NCBI GenBank assembly: GCA_951406725.2
Contig: OX597839.1
Span: forward strand, 20,956,001 to 21,020,000
Length of the DNA stretch: 64,000 bases
Origin: Octopus vulgaris
Lineage: Eukaryota
Reading direction: 5' to 3'
How positions within the stretch are numbered: the first letter of the stretch is position 1; the number at the start of each line of letters is the position of its first letter. The translations under genes were made by a program, and so were the position numbers. A model generated the notes under the pieces. The model was not told the origin of the DNA and did not search any database. It worked only from the letters and a program-made list of their open reading frames with translations. Shown one piece after another: positions 63,801 to 64,000 of this stretch.

Positions 63801-64000
63801 TAAATGATAAAGATATACATGCGAAGAAATAGACGGACAAGTACCAATAGGGTATATAATCATTCGTCTTTTCCAACGGAGGGTAATTAAATTATCTACT
63901 CCTAAATACACTAGCTCTGTAAAAAAAAAAAAAAAAAAAAACTGGAGCGTCACAAATGGAACGCCTATCTTCAAATAAGTGTTTCCGATTAACAAACATC

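Overview
AT-rich, microsatellite- and SINE-dense eukaryotic DNA. The tRNA-derived SINE families resemble those of octopods (Octopus sp., inferred). One protein-coding gene is supported: a + strand Ror-family receptor tyrosine kinase with 13 reconstructed GT-AG exons from 4938 to 40994. All junctions are in phase, giving about 1,015 codons; the 5' end lies upstream of the window. Its ectodomain is non-canonical: (half kringle)-Ig-linker-Frizzled CRD-kringle-kringle, followed by TM, a kinase with intact catalytic motifs, and a Ser/Gln/Pro tail. The rest is introns, 3' flank and transposon debris: SINEs, non-autonomous Helitrons, piggyBac/Tc1/hAT/Merlin-like MITEs, and Penelope-like, RTE and mariner fragments. 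Main observations: (1) the extra kringles; (2) an old inverted duplicate of a non-coding module at ~0.4-1.3 kb and ~55.0-55.8 kb, with near-identical islands inside diverged simple repeats; (3) a complete type I hammerhead ribozyme plus a covarying set of minimal hammerhead-like motifs; (4) long fold-back hairpins next to Ror exons; (5) a 168-bp tandem array grown out of a piggyBac MITE. Nearly all other ORFs in the track are microsatellite or SINE artefacts.
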